Source: a virus. Taken from it: a DNA stretch of 64,000 nucleotides. Location: the IMG/VR virus record IMGVR_UViG_3300021375_001810. One strand, given 5' to 3'. Below are positions 47,405-58,029 of the stretch, in pieces. Under the pieces are notes generated by a model. The model was given only the letters and a program-made list of their open reading frames with translations, was not told the origin of the DNA and searched no databases. Numbering within the stretch: the first letter of the stretch is position 1; every line of letters starts with the position of its first letter. A program made the position numbers and the translations under genes.

Positions 47405-47772
47405 GTATACCAGAAATAATAGGATTTAGTTTTTTATTTGTAATAGTAGCAACTGTATTGGTAATACTATCTTGGTTTATGGCAGAACTAATACACGGTA
47501 AAGGTCTTGGTACAAAAGGAATTGAAACAAAGCCTTATAGATCTAAATCAGGAAAGATTCGCACAGCGAGAAAATCTAGACAAAACCACATAGTATAGTG
47601 TCTTGTCCAAACCCAACCCCAACAAAACCCAACACTATAAGAATGACTGTTGAAGTTGAAATACCTTATGACCTTGAAGTAGTACAATACGTTGATAAGG
47701 GTAAACAAAAAATTATTGATTATATTAACAGTGACAAATTTCAGTCATACGAAATGATAATAGGACCTCATA

Positions 47773-47943
47773 ATGAAGAAAGAAAAAGTACTCCAATACG
47801 CAAATCTAGCACCAAGTGAATCTATAATAGAAAAACTAACAGAAATTCACCCAATGAAGCAAGTCTTTTGGGCTTCAATTCTTCAAATATCTGTGTTTGG
47901 GTTCATGCTTCTAGCCTTCTTTATTATAGATAAAATCAGCTAA
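47773..47943 (+). CDS. small membrane protein (56 aa)
   Basis: AGGA RBS, C-terminal TM; below ORF-track cutoff. Confidence 0.5.
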   Translation: MKKEKVLQYANLAPSESIIEKLTEIHPMKQVFWASILQISVFGFMLLAFFIIDKIS

Positions 47944-47978
47944 ATAATAGTACAATATAATAAACACGAGGGCACTTT

Positions 47979-48263
47979 ATGTGGGAAATGATTGAGAGAA
48001 TGGCGGACGACCGTCTATGGATTTATACAGCAATAGCCGGTAGTATATTTGGTGCATTGTTCATTGCATACATGCGTGATACTAAAATGGCATTATGGGC
48101 ATACAGTAAATGGGACTGGTTACTTGATTCTCTTAGAGACAGGTATGGATGGACTTGGTTAGATCAAGATCCTGATGCATGGAAGACGATCAATCCTAGC
48201 ATAGCAAACAAGATCGAAGAGATCGATGCTCGCTTATCTAAACTTGAGGGAAAGAAAAAATGA
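47979..48263 (+). CDS. late membrane protein
   Basis: CTAAATA upstream, GAGG RBS, TM. Confidence 0.65.
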   Translation: MWEMIERMADDRLWIYTAIAGSIFGALFIAYMRDTKMALWAYSKWDWLLDSLRDRYGWTWLDQDPDAWKTINPSIANKIEEIDARLSKLEGKKK

Positions 48264-48553
48264 GTGAAGACACACAAACTAAGAAAGTTAATATTGAGCT
48301 AGAAGTAGATACTAGCACTGTAGACAGTTCTAAAAACAGATATCAAGGGCTTATTGACATGGCAAGAGCTGTTGATGCTTGGAGAATATTCCCAAGATTA
48401 TTCTTAACAGTTTATATTATTTTACTTTACAAATGTGTAATTTGGTATATGGACTTAGCGGCTCCTACTATGGAACAATCAGGTTTAATTAGTATTGTTG
48501 TTGGTGCAGGTGCAGCATGGTTTGGACTATACACCGGAACTAGCAAGAAGTAG
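48260..48553 (+). CDS. holin-like 2-TM protein
   Basis: VDAWRIFPR followed by two TM. Confidence 0.55.
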   Translation: MSEDTQTKKVNIELEVDTSTVDSSKNRYQGLIDMARAVDAWRIFPRLFLTVYIILLYKCVIWYMDLAAPTMEQSGLISIVVGAGAAWFGLYTGTSKK

Positions 48554-48576
48554 CTCACTAACAAATAAGTACTAGT

Positions 48577-49407
48577 ATGGACTATTATGACGTACTAGGC
48601 GTTCCTAAAGGCGCTTCTGCCCAAGAACTTAAAAAAGCATACAAGAAACAAAGTATGAAACATCACCCTGACAGAGGTGGTGACGAAGAACAGTTCAAAA
48701 AAGTTAACGAAGCATACGCAACACTTAAAGACCCTAAAAAGAGATCTGAGTACGATAATCCAAGTCCGTTTGGACAAGGTGGACAACAAGGATTTAATGG
48801 CGGACAAGGGTTTGCCGGTTTTGAAAATATTAATGATGTTTTCAATAATATGTTTAGTGGAGGATTTCAGCCTAGAGGAAACATGGACGTAACCTTAGGC
48901 ATTAAGTTAACACTAGAAGAATCTTTTAGAGGTAAAAGTTTAATTGCTAATTACCAATTAAACACAGGCAAACAAGAAACAGTTACTATTGATATTCCTA
49001 AAGGTGCAAAGGACGGCGATACAATTAGATATCAAGGACTTGGTAATGAGTTTCCTGGACGAGGTAGAGGCAATTTAAACTGTAGGGTACAAATACAACC
49101 GCATAGACTTTATAGACGTGACGGTGACAACTTGTATACTCTACACAAAGTAGATGCACTAGGCATGATTGCTGGATGTAAAACTATAGTACAAACAATA
49201 GACGGTCGTAAGTTAGAACTAAAGATACCTAAAGGCACACAGAATCAAACGACATTCAATATTACAGATAACGGCATGCCTAATATAAACACAGGTAGAC
49301 GTGGAAACTTATATATAACTATAGAAGCAGAAATATTTAAAACTGACAGTGAAGAACTACTAAAATTGATTAGAGAGATAAATGAGAAAAGAAATGAAAT
49401 TAGTTAA
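48577..49407 (+). CDS. dnaJ: class II DnaJ/CbpA-like co-chaperone
   Basis: DYY.VLGV, HPD, G/F linker, C-terminal domain, no Zn finger. Confidence 0.92.
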   Translation: MDYYDVLGVPKGASAQELKKAYKKQSMKHHPDRGGDEEQFKKVNEAYATLKDPKKRSEYDNPSPFGQGGQQGFNGGQGFAGFENINDVFNNMFSGGFQPRGNMDVTLGIKLTLEESFRGKSLIANYQLNTGKQETVTIDIPKGAKDGDTIRYQGLGNEFPGRGRGNLNCRVQIQPHRLYRRDGDNLYTLHKVDALGMIAGCKTIVQTIDGRKLELKIPKGTQNQTTFNITDNGMPNINTGRRGNLYITIEAEIFKTDSEELLKLIREINEKRNEIS

Positions 49408-49897
49408 AAGCCCAGATCCGTGGTTAGAAAAAACAGTAAAAGAGTTTGATTTTAATGTATTAGATGCTAAGTCTATTGCAGAAGAAATGATTACACTTAT
49501 GACTACAGAAGGCGGAATTGGACTTAGTGCTAACCAAGTTGCATTAGATGCTCAAATTTTAGTAATGAAACCGCACCTGTTAGAAAATAAAGAACCGTTT
49601 GCAATGATCAATCCTACAATTGAAAGTGTAACAATTAATATGGAAAATATGCCAGAAGGATGTTTAAGTTGGCCTGGGTTAATATTATCGGTAAAACGTC
49701 CTAGAGGAATCATAGTCAAATATCTTGACACAGACGCTAAAGAGTGTATAATAGAATTATACGATTTAGATGCTAGATGTTTTTTACATGAATACGATCA
49801 CTTACAAGGGATTGAATTTGTAGATAGAGTATCGAGATTAAAATTAGATTTAGCTAAGAAAAAAATGAGAAAACAGAGGAAAAAACAGTATGGTTGA
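49382..49897 (+). CDS. def: peptide deformylase
   Basis: GIGLSANQ, EGCLS, HEYDHL. Confidence 0.95.
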   Translation: MRKEMKLVKSPDPWLEKTVKEFDFNVLDAKSIAEEMITLMTTEGGIGLSANQVALDAQILVMKPHLLENKEPFAMINPTIESVTINMENMPEGCLSWPGLILSVKRPRGIIVKYLDTDAKECIIELYDLDARCFLHEYDHLQGIEFVDRVSRLKLDLAKKKMRKQRKKQYG

Positions 49898-52133
49898 ACC
49901 AAGTAAGGAACTACAGTTAGTTTTTGATAAAGCAATAAGTGATGCTAAGTCGCTTCAGCATGAGTATGTTACACTGGAGCATATCATGTTTGCCATGCTT
50001 TGTTCTGAGAACTTTTACAATATAGTTCAAGGATACGGAGCAGATCCTGATTTTGTAAAATCAAACTTAGAACATTACCTTAAAGAAAAACTTGGTGATA
50101 TTAAAACTGAAGAAACAAAATATAAGCCAAAGAAAACATCATCTGTAGAACGTGTTCTTAATAGAGCATTTACACAAGTGTTATTTAGTGGCCGTCCTGA
50201 AATTACACTTCCTGACGTTATGTTAAGTTTGCTTAGTGAAAAGAAATCAATGGCTACTTACTATCTTGAAGAAGTAGGTATTACAAAAGAAAAATTTGCT
50301 GAATATATTAATTCAGAGTTCGAAGCTGAATACGAAGACGAAGAAATAAGCGGAGCTGCACAAAAGGCTTTACGTGCATTTACTACAAACTTAAATGACG
50401 ATGTTAAAAAGAACAAAGTTGATCCTGTTATTGGGCGAGCTGAAGAACTAGAATCGCTTGCATTGGCACTAGGTCGTAGAAGTAAAAACAATGTTCTTAT
50501 GGTAGGTGATCCTGGTGTAGGTAAAACAGCAATCGCCGAAGGCCTTGCATATAACATCGTTAATGACAATGTACCTGATTTCTTAAAAGAATTTAGTGTG
50601 TACAATCTTGACATTGGTAGTATGCTTGCTGGTAGTAAATATCGAGGCGACTTCGAAGAGCGTTTTAAACTTGTATTGACAGGCTTAAAAAGCAAAGGCA
50701 AAACTATTATGTTTATTGACGAAGCTCATATGATGAGTGGAGCAGGAGCTGCAGGTAGCAATAGTGCAAACGACTTAGCAAACATGCTAAAGCCTGCTCT
50801 TGCTAAAGGTAACATTAAAGTTGTTGCGTCAACTACGTGGGAAGAATATCGTAAATATTTTGAAAAGGACCGTGCATTAATGCGTAGGTTCCAACGTGTA
50901 ACAATTGACGAGCCTAGTAATGAAGTCACTAAAGATATTTTGCGTGGTATTAAGAAATACTATGAGGACTATCATGCAACTACTATTACAGACTCAGCAA
51001 TTGATGCGGCTGTAAAATTAAGTGTAAAGTATCAATCAGATAAGAAATTACCTGATAAAGCAATTGACTTGCTTGATGTAGCATGTTCAAGATTTAAACT
51101 GTCTAATACTCCTGAAGGAGAGCGTACAGTTAGCGAAGAAGAAGTACAATTTGAACTTAGTAAAATGATTAACATTCCAACTGAACAAGTTGCTGAAAAA
51201 GAATCTGGAAACTTAGTTAATCTTGATAAAAATATTAAGAAAGTTGTATATGGGCAAGACACTGCTGTAGACGAAGTTGTTGATAAGATACTTGTTAGTC
51301 AAGCAGGACTAAAGTCAGAAGATAAGCCTGTGGGTTCATTTGTGTTTATGGGACCAACTGGTACTGGTAAAACAGAAACAGCAAAAGCACTATCAAACGA
51401 ATTAGGTGTTAAACTTGTTAGATTTGATATGAGTGAATATCAAGAAAAACATGCTGTAGCAAAACTAATTGGTTCTCCTCCAGGTTATGTAGGACACGAA
51501 GAAAATGCAGGTTTGTTAATTACAAAACTTCAAGAAAATCCTAACTGTGTATTACTACTAGACGAGATCGAAAAAGCACACCCTGATGTTTCACAACTGT
51601 TGTTACAAATTATGGACAACGGTAAAGTTACTGGTTCAAATGGTAAAGAGGCAGACGCCCGTAATAGCATTATTATCCTTACAACTAACTTAGGTGCTAA
51701 ACAAGCAGAAAAGAATTCAATCGGATTTGGTGACGAACAAGAAGAAGTTTACGAAGATACTGAATTGAAAAAGTTCTTTGCTCCAGAGTTTAGAAACAGA
51801 CTTGACGGTGTAATTACATTTAACAAACTTGGTAAACCTGTAATGATGAAAATTGTTGGCAAGTTTCTTGTTGAACTTAAAAATATGGTTAAGGACAAAG
51901 GAGTTGTTATTAACATTACAGATGAAGCACTAGACTACTTAGTGGATAAAGGCTTCGATCCAAAGATGGGGGCAAGGCCATTACAACGTGTTATTGATAA
52001 AGAAATTAAAAGACCTTTATCAAGAGAATTGTTATTCGGTAAATTAAAAACTGGTGGAACACTAACAATCGACATTGTAAACGGTGAGGTCTCTCTAAAT
52101 GTATTAGAGGAATCGACAGTTGAAAACACATGA
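49890..52133 (+). CDS. clpA: ATP-dependent Clp protease ATPase subunit ClpA
   Basis: Clp N domain, GDPGVGKT, GPTGTGKT, no M-domain, IGF loop (NSIGF). Confidence 0.93.
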   Translation: MVEPSKELQLVFDKAISDAKSLQHEYVTLEHIMFAMLCSENFYNIVQGYGADPDFVKSNLEHYLKEKLGDIKTEETKYKPKKTSSVERVLNRAFTQVLFSGRPEITLPDVMLSLLSEKKSMATYYLEEVGITKEKFAEYINSEFEAEYEDEEISGAAQKALRAFTTNLNDDVKKNKVDPVIGRAEELESLALALGRRSKNNVLMVGDPGVGKTAIAEGLAYNIVNDNVPDFLKEFSVYNLDIGSMLAGSKYRGDFEERFKLVLTGLKSKGKTIMFIDEAHMMSGAGAAGSNSANDLANMLKPALAKGNIKVVASTTWEEYRKYFEKDRALMRRFQRVTIDEPSNEVTKDILRGIKKYYEDYHATTITDSAIDAAVKLSVKYQSDKKLPDKAIDLLDVACSRFKLSNTPEGERTVSEEEVQFELSKMINIPTEQVAEKESGNLVNLDKNIKKVVYGQDTAVDEVVDKILVSQAGLKSEDKPVGSFVFMGPTGTGKTETAKALSNELGVKLVRFDMSEYQEKHAVAKLIGSPPGYVGHEENAGLLITKLQENPNCVLLLDEIEKAHPDVSQLLLQIMDNGKVTGSNGKEADARNSIIILTTNLGAKQAEKNSIGFGDEQEEVYEDTELKKFFAPEFRNRLDGVITFNKLGKPVMMKIVGKFLVELKNMVKDKGVVINITDEALDYLVDKGFDPKMGARPLQRVIDKEIKRPLSRELLFGKLKTGGTLTIDIVNGEVSLNVLEESTVENT

Positions 52134-52767
52134 TACAACTAAACTTTTTTACGATCAATACGTATACAAACTAGTAATCAATAACGGTTTAGCCGACATA
52201 TTTCGGAATAAAAATCTAACTCATGCAAGAATGGTACTTGACAAGTTAGATAGTGCCGAGCAAGACGGTGAACCGTTAGTTGTACAACGTATGCGTAGAG
52301 AGATTCCTGTAACAACAGCTCACTTTAATGACGCAAAAAAGTTAATTCGATTCTTGTATAACTTTGACGACTATACATTACGTATTGAATTATCTCATAT
52401 GAGTATATATTCTAACTCAAAAGAATGGCTTACATCTATTAAGAATACACTAACTCCTGAGTGTTTTAGAGAGTTTTGGGAGCCTAACTCAGCATATACA
52501 CTTAAACCTAATGTTATTATAACTGACTCGTATCCTGACTTTGATTATAAAGTTACTTTAGGCAGAGCTAAAGGTACTCCTGAATTTGCTAAATTTGTAC
52601 ATAATAACCCTAATTTAATTAAGGCAGGTCCTACTCTAATTAGAAAGTGTGAAGAAAGCAGTTATGTAGACGGATATTATTTTTTTGTTAGAGATGAGAA
52701 AAGTCTTGCATTAATTAATCTATTTCTAAGTAATATTCGCCGCATCGACAAAATTGTAGCTATGTAG
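52120..52767 (+). CDS. hypothetical phage protein
   Basis: GAGG RBS, TTG start. Confidence 0.65.
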   Translation: MKTHDTTKLFYDQYVYKLVINNGLADIFRNKNLTHARMVLDKLDSAEQDGEPLVVQRMRREIPVTTAHFNDAKKLIRFLYNFDDYTLRIELSHMSIYSNSKEWLTSIKNTLTPECFREFWEPNSAYTLKPNVIITDSYPDFDYKVTLGRAKGTPEFAKFVHNNPNLIKAGPTLIRKCEESSYVDGYYFFVRDEKSLALINLFLSNIRRIDKIVAM

Positions 52768-52787
52768 TATTTTAGATAAATACTTAT

Positions 52788-53156
52788 ATGGCACAGAGCG
52801 AAACAATATTATCAAATCAATCACATCCAGGTGATAGTACAATAGAATCTCACACAGGTGAAAAGTACAAGGGTGACGGTTATTATGGCCGTGCAGACGG
52901 TTTACATACCGTACAATATAACATAACTGGGTTCCAAGGTAAGATTAAAATGCAGGCAACACTTGCAATTGACCCAACTTCTAATGATTGGTTTACATTA
53001 GATTCAACAGAACACGAAACTATTGGATTTGCTAACGATAGTGCAACTGCAACAGGTTCACATATAAAAAACTTTACAGGAAACTATGTATGGGTAAGAG
53101 CTGTTGTAAGTAGTTGGACAGATGGAACAGTTACTAGCATTCAATTAAATCATTAA
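52788..53156 (+). CDS. late beta-rich hypothetical (structural?) protein
   Basis: GATAAATA-N5-ATG; GNYVWVR. Confidence 0.7.
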   Translation: MAQSETILSNQSHPGDSTIESHTGEKYKGDGYYGRADGLHTVQYNITGFQGKIKMQATLAIDPTSNDWFTLDSTEHETIGFANDSATATGSHIKNFTGNYVWVRAVVSSWTDGTVTSIQLNH

Positions 53157-53165
53157 GGAAGCATC

Positions 53166-53762
53166 ATGGAACATTTTATAAGAGTAGTAATGGAAAAACA
53201 GGACACACTAAGCGAAGGCTTAAATGAATCAGTATTTCCAGGAAGTTATGTATTTGAATCAGAGCAAGGTGCTACAATATTTGAAATGCCTTTAGCAAAA
53301 GAACTTACATCAGAAGAAGCAGACGAATTTGCACAAAAATTAAGTGAATATGTATTTGATCAAGGTTACAATGATTTTGACATTGAAATATCTACAAATG
53401 ATAAACTTGACGAAGACGAAGAAACATACGAAGACGATGATGACTTTTTTGAAGAATATGGTGTTTTGTGGTACAACGAAGATGATGACCCGATAGACGA
53501 AGCAGAATACCGAGGACGTAAAGTTAAATTAGGCAAGCCTATGCAAGGTGATGTTAAGAAGTTTAAAGTTTATGTTAAAGACCCAAAGACAGGTAATGTT
53601 AAAAAAGTAAACTTTGGACACGGTGGTAGTAGTGTTAAAGGTAAGTCAATGAAGATTAGAAAAAATAATCCGGCTGCAAGACGTTCATTTAGAGCAAGAC
53701 ATAATTGCGACAATCCGGGCCCAAGAACAAAAGCAAGATACTGGTCATGTAGGAAGTGGTAA
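53166..53762 (+). CDS. acidic N-half plus basic DUF6321-like domain protein
   Basis: AEY.GRKV.L.KP, KKVNFG, SFRARHNC, ARYWSC. Confidence 0.75.
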   Translation: MEHFIRVVMEKQDTLSEGLNESVFPGSYVFESEQGATIFEMPLAKELTSEEADEFAQKLSEYVFDQGYNDFDIEISTNDKLDEDEETYEDDDDFFEEYGVLWYNEDDDPIDEAEYRGRKVKLGKPMQGDVKKFKVYVKDPKTGNVKKVNFGHGGSSVKGKSMKIRKNNPAARRSFRARHNCDNPGPRTKARYWSCRKW

Positions 53763-53763
53763 T

Positions 53764-54120
53764 ATGCGTATTGACGAGTTAGGAAATAATAATAGTAATT
53801 TAAGATTAGATTTTGATAACGTAGAAGACTTATGTATTTTTATACGTAATAATCCTATGTTTTATCGTAAGCAATTTTTCCCATGTATGGCTAATATATC
53901 TGATAAACTTGATGCAGGTAAAAAATGTGATCCAGTTAAAGACATAGGTCCATGCGTTGATAATGCTTGTGACGCTTATTGTGATACATATGATTTGCCA
54001 CATGACTCTAAGACATTATTTCCGGTAGACGACAGACGTGCTGCAATAGAAAAACTATATGCAGAAGAAATGCCTAATGTTAAAAAAGGAATGTATAAGG
54101 CTGAATCATCATGTTCGTAA
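53764..54120 (+). CDS. hypothetical protein
   Basis: MRIDEL leader. Confidence 0.65.
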   Translation: MRIDELGNNNSNLRLDFDNVEDLCIFIRNNPMFYRKQFFPCMANISDKLDAGKKCDPVKDIGPCVDNACDAYCDTYDLPHDSKTLFPVDDRRAAIEKLYAEEMPNVKKGMYKAESSCS

Positions 54121-55043
54121 GAGAATTATTTGAAGCAGAAAAGAAAGTAGCGGTTGCGGCATTTGGTCGTATGAATCCACCTACTATTGGACATGAAAAA
54201 CTTGTAAACAAAGTAAAAAGCCAAAGCGGCGATCATTATATCTTCCTAAGTCAAACACAAAAACCAAAAGATAATCCACTACCGTTCGATGAGAAATTAA
54301 GATTTGCCAAAGAATTTTTTCCCGGTGTTAACGTAGGACATCCGCAAGTACGTACACCAATTCAAATGTTACAACTATTAGAAAAGTTAGGATATACTGA
54401 TATTGTATATGTTGCAGGTTCTGATAGAGTAGAAAGTTTTGATAAACTGTTTAACGATTATAACGGTAAAGAATATAACTTCAATAGTATTAAAGTAATA
54501 AATGCAGGCGAACGTGATCCGGATGCAGAAGGTGCTGAAGGCATGAGTGCAAGTAAGATGAGAGCGGCTGCCGCTCAAGGAGACTTAGATTCATTTACTC
54601 AAGGTGTTCCTAAACTAGCAGCTGCAGAAGAAATGTATAATGCTGTACGTAAAGGTATGGGAATTAAAGACGAAGTTCCTGCAAACGAAATATTAGGCTT
54701 TGCTACCAAAAGCCCAAAACGTGCAACTATAAAAGTTAAAAAACGTCCACCAGAAGAAGATAGTGTAAAAGATAAAATTGCAAAACGTAGAGCAATGGCT
54801 GCTAAAGGAAATTCTCGTGCGTTTAAAGCAGGCGCACTAGATGAAGGCGACTTAGTAGTAGATAAAGGATCATTAATATCATACCTACGTGATATGATAC
54901 AAAAATACGTTATGGAAGAAAACGATGTTGAAAAACTTTCTCAACTATTAAAATTTATGGTAGGTAAAGAGATTAAGTCGCACGGTGATAAAAGATACCG
55001 TATTACTTCTGAAGATATAGTTGAGGCTTTAGATCGTGGATGA
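54111..55043 (+). CDS. HxGH cytidyltransferase-like nucleotidyltransferase
   Basis: FGRMNPPTIGH, NPL, AGSDR, MSASKMR. Confidence 0.85.
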   Translation: MFVRELFEAEKKVAVAAFGRMNPPTIGHEKLVNKVKSQSGDHYIFLSQTQKPKDNPLPFDEKLRFAKEFFPGVNVGHPQVRTPIQMLQLLEKLGYTDIVYVAGSDRVESFDKLFNDYNGKEYNFNSIKVINAGERDPDAEGAEGMSASKMRAAAAQGDLDSFTQGVPKLAAAEEMYNAVRKGMGIKDEVPANEILGFATKSPKRATIKVKKRPPEEDSVKDKIAKRRAMAAKGNSRAFKAGALDEGDLVVDKGSLISYLRDMIQKYVMEENDVEKLSQLLKFMVGKEIKSHGDKRYRITSEDIVEALDRG

Positions 55044-55251
55044 ACTTGCACAAATAGTAAAGTTAGCCGGGGTTAATGAGTTTAAAGGATATCAAGAATA
55101 TACTTTAGAGAACATGAGTCATACTGCTACTGAACTAAAGCAAAAAGAAAGAGAAATGGGTATAAAGCCCGGAGACCAAGAATGGTTTAAATTATGGTTT
55201 AGTTTACCTTATATGAACGGACCAGTAAAGTTTAGAGGACGTACAAAATGA
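55036..55251 (+). CDS. hypothetical protein
   Basis: IKPG..EWF.LWF motif ORF. Confidence 0.65.
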   Translation: MDELAQIVKLAGVNEFKGYQEYTLENMSHTATELKQKEREMGIKPGDQEWFKLWFSLPYMNGPVKFRGRTK

Positions 55252-56270
55252 ATCTTCGTCAGTTATTTGAAAGAGGAAGAATTGTTCCAGGTGTTAACAC
55301 TACGCCTGATGTTGGTCCTAACGAAATTAAAAAACAAGCTGCAAAGTTTGGATTTAAAGTAGACAAAGACGGCAGACCACAAAATCATCCTAAAAAAGTA
55401 AAAGGTTCTAAAACGAATGTTGCATTTAACTTAGGCATGACTGAAGGCAACATGCTTGCTAATCCTAAAAATACATTCCTTACAAAAGCAGATACAGCAT
55501 ACGACTTTATTAAAGTAGGTACAAACTTAGCAAACTTAAAAGATGTTCCAGCAGGCGGAAATATGGACGAGCCAGACATAATGATTGCTCCATACGCAGG
55601 TGCTAAAGAAATGAAGTATCTTATGAAGCAACTTAATCGTATTGGTTATAAAACACAAGATGCTCAAGGCTACCAAGATGCACACTATGACGAAGAGCCA
55701 ACTGGTGGAGAAGCACCTCCACAAATGAAGGGGCAAGGTCCATTAGGTAAAATTAAAATATCTAAGTTACGTGGTGTGCAAAAAGAAAGAACATACGAAA
55801 AGTTAGCAAAGCAACTTGAACGTGTATTAGAAGACGACTATGCTCCATTACAAATTGACCGTAAAGGTAGAGTGATTAACGGACATCACAGACTAGATGC
55901 ATTGCGTTTAGTAGGCGAAGAATATGCTCGTGTGCATATGATTGATGACGTAGTAGAAAACGTAAAAGAAACTTATGCTGATGATCAAAGAGAGAAAACA
56001 AAACGTCAATTAGCTAAACACGATAAAGCAATGGTTAAGTCAGCTCGTGATTCTATTAAGAAATACGAAAAAGATAAAGAACAAAAAACAGATGAAAACT
56101 TTGCTGACGGTAAGAAAAAAGGCAAAAGCAGACCTGGTAGAGTTAAGAAGTCAGGTGCTAGTTGTAACGGTAGTGTTACCAGTTTAAGAGCAAAAGCAAA
56201 GAAATCTAGTGGAGAACGTGCTAAAATGTACCACTGGTGTGCTAATATGAAGAGTGGAAAGAAGAAATAA
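55248..56270 (+). CDS. multi-module protein with ParB/Srx-like domain
   Basis: P..ID..G.VINGHHR..A; basic C-terminal ENFADG module. Confidence 0.7.
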   Translation: MNLRQLFERGRIVPGVNTTPDVGPNEIKKQAAKFGFKVDKDGRPQNHPKKVKGSKTNVAFNLGMTEGNMLANPKNTFLTKADTAYDFIKVGTNLANLKDVPAGGNMDEPDIMIAPYAGAKEMKYLMKQLNRIGYKTQDAQGYQDAHYDEEPTGGEAPPQMKGQGPLGKIKISKLRGVQKERTYEKLAKQLERVLEDDYAPLQIDRKGRVINGHHRLDALRLVGEEYARVHMIDDVVENVKETYADDQREKTKRQLAKHDKAMVKSARDSIKKYEKDKEQKTDENFADGKKKGKSRPGRVKKSGASCNGSVTSLRAKAKKSSGERAKMYHWCANMKSGKKK

Positions 56271-56272
56271 TA

Positions 56273-56473
56273 ATGTTTAGCAAACAATGTAAATTACACT
56301 TAGATGAAAAAGGCGAAACAGGACTAGAACACATGAAAGAAGCACTAAGAGCTGCTGTTAGATTACAATTACTTGTACCAGCACTAGTAGTACACAGTGT
56401 TGCACCTAGGTTCTTTACAGATACAGCAACAAGAGTAATGAAAGATATTTTGCACGAGCGTAAAGATGCATAA
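56273..56473 (+). CDS. DUF6356-like small protein
   Basis: HL...GET..EH...A......L.VH...P.FF. Confidence 0.6.
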   Translation: MFSKQCKLHLDEKGETGLEHMKEALRAAVRLQLLVPALVVHSVAPRFFTDTATRVMKDILHERKDA

Positions 56474-56502
56474 ATACAATATAAGTTAATTCGGGATTTA
56501 AA

Positions 56503-57249
56503 ATGAAGATATACGAAATTACATCAATTAAAAATAAGTCAAATCAATTAGACGAAGCATTACCTGCATTATTAATACCCGGTATTATTGCAGGAGCAAG
56601 AATTGCTGGTCCTTGGTTAGCAAAACAGGGTGCAAAGATAATTGCAAAAAGAGGTGCGGCAGCCGCAGGCGCAAAAGAATTAGGCAAACAGGCTGCTAAA
56701 CAAACTGCTAAAGGCGCAGGTGCTGTTGCAAAAGGTGTTGCTAAAGCACCAATTAAGCACCCAGTTGCAACTGCTACAGTAGGTGGCGGAGCATATGTTG
56801 CTAAGAAAGCAGGCGATGCAATTGACGCTGTTGGTGATAATATTGACGAGTTAATAGCAAAAGGTGCAGATAGTATCGATGCTATAAAAGATCAAATAAC
56901 TGCCGCATTGGGTGGTCCAGGATTTGCTAAAGTTGCAGCTTTTGCATCTAAATATGCAATTCCAGGGTTAGCTGCTGTTGCTATACTATACGGTGGTAAA
57001 AAGATTTGGGATTATGCTACTAAAGCTGGTGAATCAGATCTTGCAACAGAGAGTGCTACTGTAGGTGCTACAGCATCAGGTAACGTGGCATCAGTTGCTA
57101 ATCCAATTGCAGCTAATGCTAAAATAAAACGTGATAAAAATGGCGTTCCAATAGCGCCACAAAAGAAAAATAAAGACGGAACCGCTATTAATGCACTTGA
57201 TATGAAAAATAATATCATGGGCGGCAAAGCAATTAAGAGGGTACAATAA
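56503..57249 (+). CDS. Ala/Gly-rich probable internal virion protein
   Basis: CATAAATA promoter, MKIYEI leader, LDE followed by amphipathic helix. Confidence 0.65.
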   Translation: MKIYEITSIKNKSNQLDEALPALLIPGIIAGARIAGPWLAKQGAKIIAKRGAAAAGAKELGKQAAKQTAKGAGAVAKGVAKAPIKHPVATATVGGGAYVAKKAGDAIDAVGDNIDELIAKGADSIDAIKDQITAALGGPGFAKVAAFASKYAIPGLAAVAILYGGKKIWDYATKAGESDLATESATVGATASGNVASVANPIAANAKIKRDKNGVPIAPQKKNKDGTAINALDMKNNIMGGKAIKRVQ

Positions 57250-57250
57250 A

Positions 57251-58027
57251 ATGGCTAAAGTAGATCCAGACAAAAAACCTAAAGGAGCATTTGCTCAAGG
57301 GTTTGCAAAAGGTTACCAAGTAACAGGTAAAGTAACAGATCCTGACTCATTACGTAAAGGTATTACAGGGTTAGGTAAAAGCATAACAACTCCAGATGAT
57401 GAGAAAAACAAAATGAAAGTTACTGCCGCAGACAAGAGAATGAATACTGTTGCATATCAAAGATTAATGAAAGGCGACCCACGCTATGTGGATGCCATTA
57501 AAGAAGGTCTTGCTGATAAAGCAGACATGGCTGAACGTGACCATGAAGTACAAATGGCTCGTGCAGACTTATACAAGATTGCAAAGTATGCTATTGAACT
57601 ACACGACATGATGAAAAAAGTTACAGAAGCAGAAGGTATTGAAGGTTGGCAACAGGCTAAAATTACTAAAGCGGCAGACTACATGAGTAGCGTTTTCCAT
57701 TCATTAGATTATGATTTAAGATTTAACGAACCTCAAGAACCTACAGTTGAAGGCAAAAGCCCACACAAAAAAGGTACTAAAAAATATAAAGCACACATGG
57801 CTGCTATGCATGCCGAAAGTGTAAAAGATCCGTATAAAAAAGGATTAATGGATAAACTACACGAAGCAAAACAAAGTGTTTGTAAAGAGTGCGGGAATCC
57901 AAGTTATACTACACTCCCAGAAGAAAAGCAAAAAGGTGTTGATGGCAAAGTATGCTGGAAAGGCTACAAGCGTATGGGCACTAAGAAAAAAGGCGGTAAG
58001 ACTGTAGATAACTGCGTGAAGATGTAA
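57251..58027 (+). CDS. multi-module probable internal head protein
   Basis: DHEV.MAR..L and W.QAKITKA.DY module; CWKGY..GTK.KGGK.V.NCV module. Confidence 0.65.
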   Translation: MAKVDPDKKPKGAFAQGFAKGYQVTGKVTDPDSLRKGITGLGKSITTPDDEKNKMKVTAADKRMNTVAYQRLMKGDPRYVDAIKEGLADKADMAERDHEVQMARADLYKIAKYAIELHDMMKKVTEAEGIEGWQQAKITKAADYMSSVFHSLDYDLRFNEPQEPTVEGKSPHKKGTKKYKAHMAAMHAESVKDPYKKGLMDKLHEAKQSVCKECGNPSYTTLPEEKQKGVDGKVCWKGYKRMGTKKKGGKTVDNCVKM

Positions 58028-58029
58028 TT

